From the human T2T-CHM13v2.0 reference genome, Homo sapiens, in assembly GCF_009914755.1 (NCBI RefSeq), contig NC_060936.1: a DNA stretch of 64,000 nt, one strand, 5' to 3'. The notes beneath the pieces are model-generated. The model did not search any database, was not told where the DNA came from, and saw only the letters and a program-made list of their open reading frames with translations. Below, piece after piece: positions 1-11,350 of this stretch. Position 1 is the first letter of the stretch, and the number at the start of each line of letters is the position of its first letter. The translations under genes and the position numbers were made by a program.

Positions 1-213
1 TGTATTTATTTCTGTAGTTGTTGAATGTAATGTTCTGTATCTGTTAATTAAGTCCAGTTGGTTAATTGTTTTGTTCAAAGCTTTTATATTGTTACTGATT
101 TAGTTTGTCTGTTTTATCATCTCTTGAGATAGTGTCAAGAACAGCGAAGGGCTGACATTTTATTCTATTCTACTCATAATATAGCAAGTAACCTGCCACA
201 GTTTCATCAATCC

Positions 214-598
214 TGCATTAATTGTGAGGAGTGCCATAATGGAATATTACAGACTGGTGGCTTAAACAATATACATATATTTTCTCAAAGTTCTGTAAGC
301 TAGAAATCCAAGATCAAGGTGCTGGCAGGGTTAGTTTTTGACTAGGCCTCTCTTCCTGGCTTGTAGACAAATGCCTTATTACGGTGTCCTCACATGGACT
401 TTTCTCTGTGCCTGCACTCTCCTGGTGTCTCTTTCTATTCTTATAAGGAACACCAGTCCTGTTGGATTAGAGCTCCACCCTTATAACATTGAACCTTAAT
501 CAGCCCCTCAAAGGCTCTATATCTAAGTATAGTCATATTGAGGGTTAAGGCTTTAATATATCAATTTGAGGGGAGAGGGCACAATTTAGTCCATAATA
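214..598 (-). mobile_element. MLT1A-type MaLR solo LTR
   Basis: 'ggcttaaacaa...tccaagatcaaggtgctggcaggg...gtcctcacatgg...ttagtccataata'. Splits the LTR40 sequence. Confidence 0.85.
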
Positions 599-970
599 GA
601 TGCTGGCAGAAGACATGAGACTTCTGTATTAGAGGCAAAGGACTTTATTACTCATGGAACAGAAGGCAGGAAGGTTTCCCAGTTCCTTCAAGCCCCATAA
701 GTGTGACACAGGTGGGCCTAGATTGATCCTGCACATTTTATAGGTTTGTTTCACAACCCACAAAAGTGACTCTTGGATTAGGAAATCCCAATATTTTATA
801 AATATCTGCAAGCAACCCTGTCCAACCTTTGCCACAGAGGGAGATAGTATTCTTATGATACTGTACAGCAAACAAATCTGCCTCCTGCTCCACTTTCAAA
901 AATCCTTGGAAGATAGCCTGAGATAAAAGTCTGTGAGTGACTCTGCTCATAAAATGTGCAGACCAATGGA

Positions 971-1124
971 CAAGGCTGGCTTCACAGGTATGCCATGCCT
1001 AGAAGGTGCCTATGCTTGGTGTAATGCTCTTCTGTCACTGGTTTCAAATTATTAATAAGTTATAAGTAATAGAGCCCTCATTTTCATTTTTCACTGGGTT
1101 CCACAAATTATGTAGCTCATCTTG
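971..1124. mobile_element. MER91-like hAT-Tip100 MITE
   Basis: 'caaggctggcttca...taatgctcttctgtc...ttttcatttttcactgggttccacaaattatgtagc..cttg' with degenerate terminal inverted repeats. Confidence 0.75.
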
Positions 1125-2552
1125 TCTCTGGAGAATAAGAATGTGTTACATTCTTATTCCTATTAACACATAAGAATGTGTTATCCCAAAAGATAGTTGT
1201 GTTAATGTCTTCAATTGTGATGATAAATTGTTTTTATTTTAGTTCTGTAAATTTTGGTTTTGAATATTTTGAAGCTACATCATTAAAAGAATAGAATTTG
1301 AGATCACTTTACATTCTGTTGCCATGAATCTTTTGTCATTATAAAATATTTCACTTTTTGCCTCATAATACTCTTTAGCCTACTTTGTGTGATTTAATAT
1401 AGCCACGAAGACTTTATTTTTCTTAGTGTTTTCATTTTGTAACTTTTCTTATCCTTTTCTATAAATCTTTGTGTTTTTTTGAATGTAAGATGTTTCTTGT
1501 GAACAGCATATAATTGGATGTTGTTTATATATCCAGTCAGACAATCTCTAACTTTTAAATGAAATATTTAGTTGATTTTAATTTAATGTAATTGCTGGTA
1601 TAGTTAGGTTTAAATATACCATATTATTTTTTGTTTCCCATATGCCTTATCTACTCTTTGTACCTATTTTATTTTTTGTTTTCTTTTATATTGAGCTATT
1701 TTTAATATTTTATTTTAGTGATATATTGGCTTTGTTTGTTACATAATATACTATCTCTTTTTAGTGGTTATCCTGGAAATCAAGCAATCCATCCTTTATT
1801 TATTACTATCTAACTTATGTTAGTATTTTTACCAAAATCAAAACATTGAAAGATCTTTAAATGTTTAATTTATTTTGATCTCCTATCATTTTGCTCTGTT
1901 TTCACATAGTTTGTACCTATACTTATTATAAACCCTTCAAGAAGTTATTATATCTTTTTCCGCAATCAGTTTTTTACATATACCTTTTTATTTTCCAGAG
2001 TGCTTCTTCCGTCTTATATATCTGTGATAATTTCCTTTAGCCTAAAGAATTTTGTTCAGTAGATCTTTTGTGGGTGTCTGCTGCAGGAAAGAAATTCTTT
2101 TGGCTTGTGTTGGTCTGAGAACATCTTTGTCTTGTCTTTGTTTTTTACAAAATCTTGGAGGGCTTTTAAAAGAGCACTTTAAATATTCATTCTATTGTTA
2201 TTTAGTTTACATAAATTCTGAGAAATTGACTCATTCTGTTTTTTAATAATACATTGTAATAAACTATAGTCACATATTTTACAGTAGCTGTCTTGAAGTT
2301 ATTTCTCCTATCTGACTGAAATTTTAAACCTTTTGGCCAAAATCTTCACAACCCCAATATACCCCCAACCTCTCATAACCATCATTCTATTTTCTACTTC
2401 TATGAGTTCAACTTTTATAAATTTCATATGTAAGTGAGATCATGCAGTATCTGTGTTTCTGTGCCTGACTTATTTCATTTAACCTAATGTTCTCCAAGTT
2501 CATCCCTGTTGTCCTAAATGACAGGATTTTCTTTTTGTTTAAGGCTGAGTAG

Positions 2553-3377
2553 TGTATATATATAATATATATAGTGTATATATATATTATATATAATATA
2601 TAATATATATATAATGTATATATATTATATATAATATATTATATAGCGTATATATATAATATATAATATATAATATATAGTGTATATATAGCATGTACAT
2701 AATATATAATATATAGTATATATAGCATGTATATTATATATACTATATAATATATATAGCATATATATTATATATACTATATCATATTATATATATGATA
2801 TATACTATATCATATTATATATATGATATATACTATATCATATTATATATATGATATATACTATATCATATTATATATATGATATATACTATATCATATA
2901 TAGTGTATATATATTATATAGTGTATATATATTATATAGTATATATAATATATATAGTGTATATATGATATAGTATATATCATATATGTATATATATTAT
3001 ATAGTATATATAATATAGTGTATATATAATATATTATATATAATATATTATGTATATAATATAAATATTATATATTATATAATAGTGTATATATATTGTA
3101 TATAGTAGTGTATATATATTGTATAATATATATTATATAATATAGTATATATAATATATACACATAAGTAATATATATTATATATTATATATGCATATAT
3201 ATATAATTTATATGCATATATAATATATAATATATACGCATATAATATATATTATATGCATATATATTATCTATAATATATACGCATATATAATATATAT
3301 TATATGCATATATATAATATATATATGCAAGGGGACACTACTAAGTCTTACTTATTATTACATTATATATATACACA
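2553..3377. repeat. ~820 bp imperfect (TA)n expansion with a 28-bp sub-repeat
   Basis: Nearly pure TA. Unit tatatactatatcatattatatatatga occurs ~4.6 times at 2771-2899. Confidence 0.97.
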
Positions 3378-6291
3378 CTACATTTTCCTTATCCATTCAT
3401 TCACTGATGAACACTTAGGTTGATTCTATGTCTTGTCTATTTGAATAGTGCTGCAATTAACAGGATAATACAGATATCTCTTTGACATACAGGGTGAGGT
3501 GATATTGCATCATGGATTTAATTTGTATTTTCCTGATAGTTAGTGATGTTAGACAATGTTTTCCTATATCTCTTGGCCATTTGTATTTCTTTTGAAAAGT
3601 GTCTACTCAGGTCTTTTGTTCATTTTAAATTGCGTTATTTGTTTTCTTGCTATTAAGTTGTTTGAGTTCCTTGTATATTTTGGCTAACATCTTAGCAGAT
3701 GTATAGCTTGAAAACATTTTCTCCCATTCTGTAGGTTCTTTCTTTACTCTGTTGGTTGATTCCTTTGTTGAGCAGAAGCTTTTTAGTTTGGTTCAATCTC
3801 ATTTGTCTATTTTTGCCTTTATTACCTGTACATCTGAAGTAATATCCAAAAAGTCATTGCCAAGATCAATGTCATGGAGCTTTCCCCCTATGTTTTCTTC
3901 TAGGAATTTTACAGTATTAGACCTCACATTTGAGCCTTTAATACATTTTGAATTGATTTTTGTAGATGGTGACAGATAGGAGTCTAGTTTTAATCTACTA
4001 CATATGGATATTCACTTTTCACAGCATCATTTGTTGAAGAGACTGTAAATTCTCCAATGTATGTTCTTGGCAGCTTCATTGAAAATCAGCTTTCTATAAA
4101 TGTGTGGATTTATTTCTGTTCTCCATTAAGTTTTTAGGTCTGTGTCTATTTTTAGTGCCAGTACCATATTGTTTTGGTTACTATAGATTTGTAGTACATT
4201 TTGAAGTCAGGTAGTGTGATACCTCCAGCTTTGTTCTTTTTGCTTAACATCACTTTGTCTATTTGGGGTTTTTCATGATTCCATACAAATGTTAATATTG
4301 CTTTTTCTATTTCTATGAAAAATGTCATTGAAATTTTGATAGAGATTGTGTTGACTTTGTAGATCATTTTGGGTAATACAGACATTTAAATTGTTTAAAT
4401 ATTTCAATTTTTCCAATCTATGAACATTGAATATCTTTCCATTTATTTGTATCTTCTTTAATTTTTTTCATCAATGTTTTGCCTTTTCTGTATAGGTCTT
4501 TCAAGTTCTTGGTTAAACTTATTCCTAAGTATTTTAATTTTTTTGTAGCTACTGTAAATGGGATGTTTTTAAAATAATTTATTTTTAGAAGAGTTTGTTT
4601 TTAATATATAAAAACACTGCATATTTTCTATATTAATTTTATATTCTGCAACTTCATTGATTTACTAGTCCTTTTAGTTTTTTGGTGGTATTTTAGGGTT
4701 TTCTACATATATGACTATATTACCTGCAAACAGGGACAATTTAATTTTTTGTTTTTCCAATTTGGATTCCTTTTATTTGTCTTCCTTGCCTAGTTGTTCT
4801 GGCTAGGATTTCTAGTACTGTGTTGAATAGAAGTGGCGAGAATGAGATTCTTGTTTGTTTCTTATCTGAGAGGAAAAGTGTTTAGCTTTTCACCATTGAG
4901 TATGATGTCAGATGTGGTTTTGCAATATATGGCCTTTATTTTGTTGAAGTACTTTCATTCCATAACTGATTTGTTGAGAGCTTTTATTATGAAAAGATGT
5001 TGAATTTTGTCAACTGCTTTTTCTGCATCTATTGAGATGACAGTACATTTTTTGTCCTTTATTCTATTAGTGTGATTATCACATTTATAGACTTTCATAT
5101 GTTGAAATATCCTTGCATCCCTAGGATAACTCCCATTTTATCATGGTGAATGATACTTTTAATGTGTACTGAATTCAATTTGCTAGAATTTTGTTGAAAA
5201 TTTTTTCATGAATGTTCATCAGATATATTGGCCTGTTATTATTATTATTTTTATCCTGTAGTGTTCTTGCCTGGATTTAGTAACAGGGTGATGATGGCCT
5301 TAGGAAATGAGTGTGGAAATATTCCTTCTCCCTCAATATTGTGAAAAAATTTGAGAAGGATTGATATTATTTCTTTAAATGTGTGGTAGAACTCAGAAGT
5401 GAAACCATCAGATCCTGGACTTTTCCTTAATGGAAGATTTTTTTTTGTTTCTTAAATTGCTCGTTCAATCTCCTTACTCCTTACTGGTCTGTTCGGATTT
5501 TCAGTTTACTTAAGATTCGGTTTTGGTAAGTTGTGTGTGTCTAAGAATTTATTCATTTCTTCTAGACAATCAAATTTCTTAGTGTATAATTTTTTTTAAC
5601 AGTTTCTTATGATCCTCTGTAAGTCTGTGGTATCAGTTGTAATAGCTCCTCTTGAAATTCTCATTTTCTTTATGTGATATTGTTGTCTTTCGTACCAGGC
5701 TAGCTAAAGTTTGGTCAATTTTGTTTATCTGTTCAAAAAAGCAACTCTTACTTTCTTTGATTTTTTCTATTCTTTTTCTATTTTCTATTTCATTTATTGC
5801 TGCTTAGTTATTGATTTTTCTTCCACTAACTTTAAGCTCAGTTTGTTATCTCAATTTCTAGTTCCCTTGAAGCGTGAAACTAGGTTGTTTATTTAAGATT
5901 TTTATTCTTTTTTGATGTAGGCATTTATTGCTATAAACTTTCCACTTAGAACTGCCTTTGATTCATCTCATAAATTTTGGTACGTTGTGCTTCCATTTTT
6001 GTTTGTCTTAAGATATTTTAAATTTTCTCTTTTAATTTCTCATTTGACTCATTGGCTATTCAAGAACTTGTTTAATTACCATGTATTTGAATATATTCTA
6101 AAATTTTTTATTTGTGATTAGGTGATTTTCTCTAGTGGTATGCTTTGATTTCTTACTTTATATCTTTAGTGTATCTACCATAGGTTTTTGCTTTGTGGTT
6201 ACCATAAGGCTTATAGAAAACACCTTACAGTTATAACAGGCTATTTTAAGCCGATAACAGCTTAACTTTGCATACAAAATTTATACTTTTA

Positions 6292-6505
6292 GGACAGGTG
6301 TGGTGGCTCACACCTGTAATCCTAGCACTTTAGGGAGGGTGAGGCTGGCGGGTCACTTGAGCCCAAAAGTCCAAGACCAGACTGGGAAACATGGCAAAAC
6401 CCTGTCTCTACAGAAAATACAAAAACTTAGCCAGCTATGATCACAGCAGTGCACTCAAGCCTGAGCAACAGAGTGAGAAGAGACCCTGTCTCAAGAGAAA
6501 AAAAT
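6292..6505 (+). mobile_element. AluJ with ~100 bp deletion in the right arm
   Basis: Left arm complete, then 'ttagccagct' is joined directly to 'atgatcac...gcactc'. Confidence 0.85.
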
Positions 6506-6627
6506 TATATTATTCCTCCACCCCCACCACATTTAAAATTTTTTGTCACAGTTTGCATTTTTTATTGTCTTCCTTAACAAAATAATGTAGCTTTTATTAT
6601 TTTAATAATTTTGTCTTTTAACCTTCA

Positions 6628-6986
<359 letters not shown>

Positions 6987-6994
6987 TTACAGTT

Positions 6995-8577
6995 ACTTTT
7001 TGAATTTTATTTTACTTTAAGTTCTGGGATACATGTGCAGAACGTGCAGGTTTGTTACATAGGTATATGCATGCCATGGTGGTTTTTTGCACCTATTGAC
7101 CCATCCTCTCAGTTCCCTCCCCTTACTCCCCATCCCCCAACAGGCCCTGGTGTGTGTGTGTTGTTCCCTCCCTGTGTCCATGTGTTATCATTGTTCAGTT
7201 CCCACCTATGAGGGAGAACCTGCTGTGTTTGATTTTCTGTTCCTCTGTTAGTTTGCAGAGGATGATGGCTTCCAGCTTCATTCATGTCCCTGCAAAGGAC
7301 ATGAACTCATTCCTTTTTATGGCTGTATAGTATTCCATGGAGTATATGTACCACATTTGCTTTATCCAGTCTATCATTAATGGGCGTTTGGGTTGGTTCT
7401 ACGTCTTTGCTATTGTAAATAGTGCTGTAGTAAATATACATGTGCATGTGTCTTTATAGTAGAATTATTTATATTCCTTTTGGTATAAAGCCAGTAATGG
7501 GATTGCTGGGTCAAATGGTATTTCTGGTTCTCAATCCTAGAAGAATTGCCATACTGTCTTCCACAATGGTTGAACTAATTTACATTCCCAGCAACAGTGT
7601 AAAAGTGTTCCTATTTCTTCACAGCCCTGCCAGCATCTATTGTTTCTTGACTTTTTAATAATGGCCATTGTGACTGACATGAGATGGTATCTCACTGTGG
7701 TTTTGAATTGCATTTCTCTAATGATCAGTGATATTGAGCTTTTTTTCATATGTTTGCTGGTTGTGTAAATGTCTTGTTTCAAGAAGTGTCTGTTCATATC
7801 CTTTGCTCACTTTTTGATGGGGTTATTTTTTTCTTGTAAATTTGTTTAAGTTCCTTGTAAATTCTGGCTATTAGACTTTGTCAGTTAGGTAGATTGAAAA
7901 AATTTTCTCTCATTCTGTAGGTTGCCTGTTCATTCTGATGGTAGTTTCTTTTGCTGTGCAGAGGCTGTTTAGTTTAATTGGATCCCATTAGTTAATTTTG
8001 GCTTTTCTTGTAATGGCTTTTGGCATTTTCATCATGAAGTCTTTGTTCATGCCTATGTCCTGAATGGTATTGCCTAGGTTTTCTTCTAGGTTTTTTAAGG
8101 TTTGGGAATTTACATTTAAGCTTTTTGTCCATTTTGAGTTAATTTTTGGATAAGGTTTAAGGACTGGATCCAGTTTCAGTTTTCTGCATGTGGCTAGCCA
8201 GTTTTTCAAGCACCATTTTTGAATTGGAGATCCTTTCCCATTACTCGTTTTTGTCAGGTTTGTCAAAAATCAGATGGTTTTTGTTGTGTGTTGTTATTTC
8301 TGAGCTCTCTGTTCTGCTCCATTAGTCTATATTTCTGTTTTGGTACCAGTACCATGCTGTTTTGGTTACTGTAGCCTTATAGTATAGTTTGAAGTCAGGT
8401 AGTGTGATGCCTCTGTCTTGTTCTTTTTGCTTAGGATTGTCTTGGCTATGCAAGCTCTTTTTTGTTCTATGTGAATTTTGAAGTAGTTTTTTCTAGTTCT
8501 GTGAAGAATGTCAATGGTAGTTCGATGGGAGTAGCATTGAATCTATAAATTACTTTGGGCATTATGGCCATTTTCAT
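6995..8577 (-). mobile_element. 3' 1.6 kb of a full-length L1PA8-like element (5' part at 20623-25443, +)
   Basis: 3'UTR 'cccatcctctcagttccctcccc'. ORF2 peptides at 7537-7797 and 7988-8266. Breaks at 'ggccattttcat'. Confidence 0.9.
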
Positions 8578-8579
8578 AT

Positions 8580-8858
8580 ACATTTTCTTAATCCAGTATA
8601 TCATTGTTGGACATTTGGGTTGGTTCCAAGTCTTTGCTATTGTGAATAATGCTGCAATAAACATACGTGTGCATGTGTCTTTATAGCAGCATGATTTATA
8701 GTCCTTTGGTTATATACCCAGTAATGGGATGGCTGGGTCAAATGGTATTTCCAGTTCTAGATCCCTGAGGAATCGCCACACTGACTTCCACAATGGTTGA
8801 ACTAGTTTACAGTCCCACCAACAGTGTAAAAGTGTTCCTATTTCTCCACATCCTCTCC
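8580..8858 (-). mobile_element. 5' piece (~280 bp of ORF2 C-terminus) of a young 5'-truncated L1PA2/3-like insert
   Basis: Young diagnostics 'gtgaataatg', 'tatagtcctttgg', 'cacactgacttcc'. Differs at many sites from the neighbouring copies at 7350-7630 and 25867-26144. Confidence 0.85.
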
Positions 8859-8913
8859 TAAAACTTAAAGTACAATAAAAAATAAAAATAAAGAAATAAA
8901 AAATAGTATCATA
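8857..8913 (+). mobile_element. Displaced 3' terminus, A-tail and TSD of the L1PA4/5 at 25512-29913
   Basis: cctaaaacttaaagtacaataaaa... 8896-8914 is the exact reverse complement of 29913-29931. Confidence 0.9.
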
Positions 8914-9957
8914 ACTATATATCAATAATAACAATAGAAAATGGAATAAAAAAAGTATTTGTAATAGAAAATACAAAATTCTTAGAAATAAATCTAATAA
9001 AAATATATAAAATATATGGAGAAATGTTGAAATTAATGAACATTATCAACCTAAAAAAATGGAAATCAATGCTATGGTTCTATGTGAACAAATTTAAGGA
9101 TATCAATTTTCTCTCAAACTAATATGTAAAATTGATTCAATTCCCCTAAATTATGGTTGTTTTGTGTAAAACTTAACAAATTAAACCCAAAATTCATGTG
9201 GAGTGTCATAGAGTCAAGAATAGCTAAAATTCAAATTTTAAAGAACAAAGATCCTACGATTTACTCCACCAGATATTAAAAATTATCATAAATATTTAGT
9301 AAGTAAGACCAGAGACAAAGGGAGGAAAGATTGACAACAGGCCAATACGACAGAATAGGTAATACCCAAACAGACCTATGCATAAGTAAACTCAATTTTG
9401 ACAGAGGTATAGGAATCATAAATCAGGAAGAAATAATGGATTTGTCAAAAATATGAAAAATGGTTAACTCCATTCAAAAAATTTTTAATTATTTCACACT
9501 ACATGCAAAAATCAATTCTAGGCAGAGTTCAGACAATATCACAAACAAAATTTTAGAACTTTAAAAAAAAAAACAGAATACCTTTATGACTTAGGGTTAA
9601 GGAAGAATTTCCTAAATAAGACACAGAAAACACAAGCTGTGAAAGGAACTCTAAATAAATAACTAGATTAAAGTTTAAAACCTTTTTTCAATAGAAGACA
9701 CCATAAGAAAAGTTAAAATAAACCAATTTTTAAAAAGCTATTTTGTAGCGCACCTACATTTTAAAGGAACATTATTCAATATAGAGCAAAATAACACTTT
9801 ATAAACTCTTATTTATTAAAAATAAATAAATAGATCACCTAAAAGAGAATGAGCAAAAGATATGCAAAGAAATTTACAGAGGAGAATATTTAAATAACCA
9901 ATAAACCTAGGCAAAGATATACTCCCTCACTAGTAATCAAAGAAATGCAAATGAAAC
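8914..9957 (+). mobile_element. Ancient L1ME-like ORF2 fragment (middle piece)
   Basis: Degenerate ORF2 3' region ending 'aagaaatgcaaatgaaac'. Continues the element at 29914-30850 (-). Confidence 0.75.
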
Positions 9958-10273
9958 CAGAAAGTAAAACCCACAAAATTGTGAGGGCCCTTGATAATTG
10001 ACCCTTCTGGAGTTTCTAATCTCTCAGATTTGTCCACACTGAGCCTCCTACAATTTGTCAATTACTGTTCAGGTTTTCCTACCCCAGTATTGGTTCCTGA
10101 AGAGGTATCTGTTTATGTTAAGTTGTTATTTTGCTATTTGCCTACATCTCCAACTTCAGTGGCACTGATTTCCCTTTTAACCCCACTTCTTTTATGGATT
10201 TTTCAGTTTGTTCAGCATTTTACTTGTTAGGATGGAGTGGCAATTTCCAAGCTGGAAGCAGAAACCAGAAGCC
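9958..10273 (-). mobile_element. First ~315 bp of the L1MC 5'UTR, inverted relative to its body
   Basis: Reverse complement reads 'ggcttctggtttc..cttggaaattgccactccatcctaacaagtaaaatgctgaacaaactgaaaa...ggaggctcagtgtggacaa...gggttttactttctg'. Confidence 0.8.
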
Positions 10274-10809
10274 ATGAGTGCTTTCTTCAGACTACAGAGC
10301 TCATTATCATGGTTCTGGTGCTTTAAAAAGTTGCTTTCAAGGAGTGAACTGTCAGTCTGTCTGAAATTGCTTTTCAAAACCTAAAGTATTATTGGTGAAT
10401 CATTACAAAGAAGTAAAAGCACTATCAATGTAACACTGCAAGAGGAAAAGCCAAAGGAGAAAAGGTCTTATTTGACTAAACAGAAATCAAATGTTTTCTT
10501 TTAGGTCTTAAGACACGTGGACATGCTTTAAACTTTTCTATTTGGTTTGGACTTTGATTTACCCAGGGAAGAACTGGCAAACATATCAAAACCTATTATT
10601 TCCAATTGGCTTCTGCTTATTTATGCAGTAATTATCAAGATTATATGACAATCTGTTTTGATCATTAAGACAATCAGTGGTAACCCAGAAAGCACTGACT
10701 TTTTCAAAAGTAGATTTGTTTGATTTCCTCTCTGAGTGTTGATGTGACCTTGCTCTATAAGTTTCTGATTTCCTTAGATGGATGATCAGAAGCCTAGTTG
10801 AATATATCT

Positions 10810-11350
10810 TTTTTAAAAAATGATGAAATATTTAAACACACAGAAAGTATGCAGAATAACCAAATTATATCATGTGTCTACTTCCCAGATTTGCTTCAAA
10901 CACTTTTAAGGAAATAAAATACTTCAGATACATTTGATTCCTGTGTAAACTTTACAAATCTCACCTTTTTCTTTACTTCTCAGAGATAATCATTAGGTAT
11001 TTGTTGCTTCTGTGCACCTTTATATATTACTAGTACTTATTTGTGGACCCTCTGACAGCATGCATTGGTGCTCATATTTTTGCTATTTTAAACAACATTG
11101 CTAAAAATTTTATGTATTATTCCTATGCACATATGGGAGAATTTTTCTGGGGCGTATGTCTAGGCTGGGATATCAGTGTTGTCTTCAACTCAATTAGAAA
11201 TTGCCAAATTGCTTTTTAAAGTGTTTGTATGAATTTACAACCCAGCCAGAAGTGGATGAGCATTTCTGTTGTTCTACATCTCACATGTTTATTAATCAGA
11301 ATTTTTAATGTTTATTAATCTGATGAGTATGAAACTGCAGTATGTTGCTG
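10810..11350 (-). mobile_element. 3' piece of the L1ME-like element
   Basis: Reverse complement 'tttcatactcatcagatt...gatgtagaacaacagaaatgctcatccacttctggctgggttgtaaatt' is the L1 sequence expected directly after 9957. Confidence 0.75.

Larger units (their letters stand above)
133..1191 (-). mobile_element. LTR40-like ERVL solo LTR hosting MLT1A and MER91 insertions
   Basis: Starts TGTCAAGAAC and contains 'gatgctggcagaagacatgagac...aaaggactttattactca'. 5-bp TSD GATAG at 128-132 and 1192-1196. Confidence 0.7.
1..2244 (-). mobile_element. Ancient L1M fragment (ORF1 end to ORF2 endonuclease region), interrupted at 133-1191
   Basis: Degenerate antisense L1 endonuclease-region sequence at 1-132 resumes at 1197. 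Its upstream ORF1 part appears on + at ~18540-19550. Confidence 0.7.

Noticed and set aside
2771-2899. CRISPR-like 28-bp repeats
   Set aside because: Head-to-tail minisatellite without spacers, in eukaryotic DNA.
8580-8913. Twin-primed (5'-inverted) young L1 insertion
   Set aside because: It looks like one locally, but the sequence after the tail is the TSD of the L1PA4/5 21 kb away and is not duplicated at 8578. The tail belongs to a different element.
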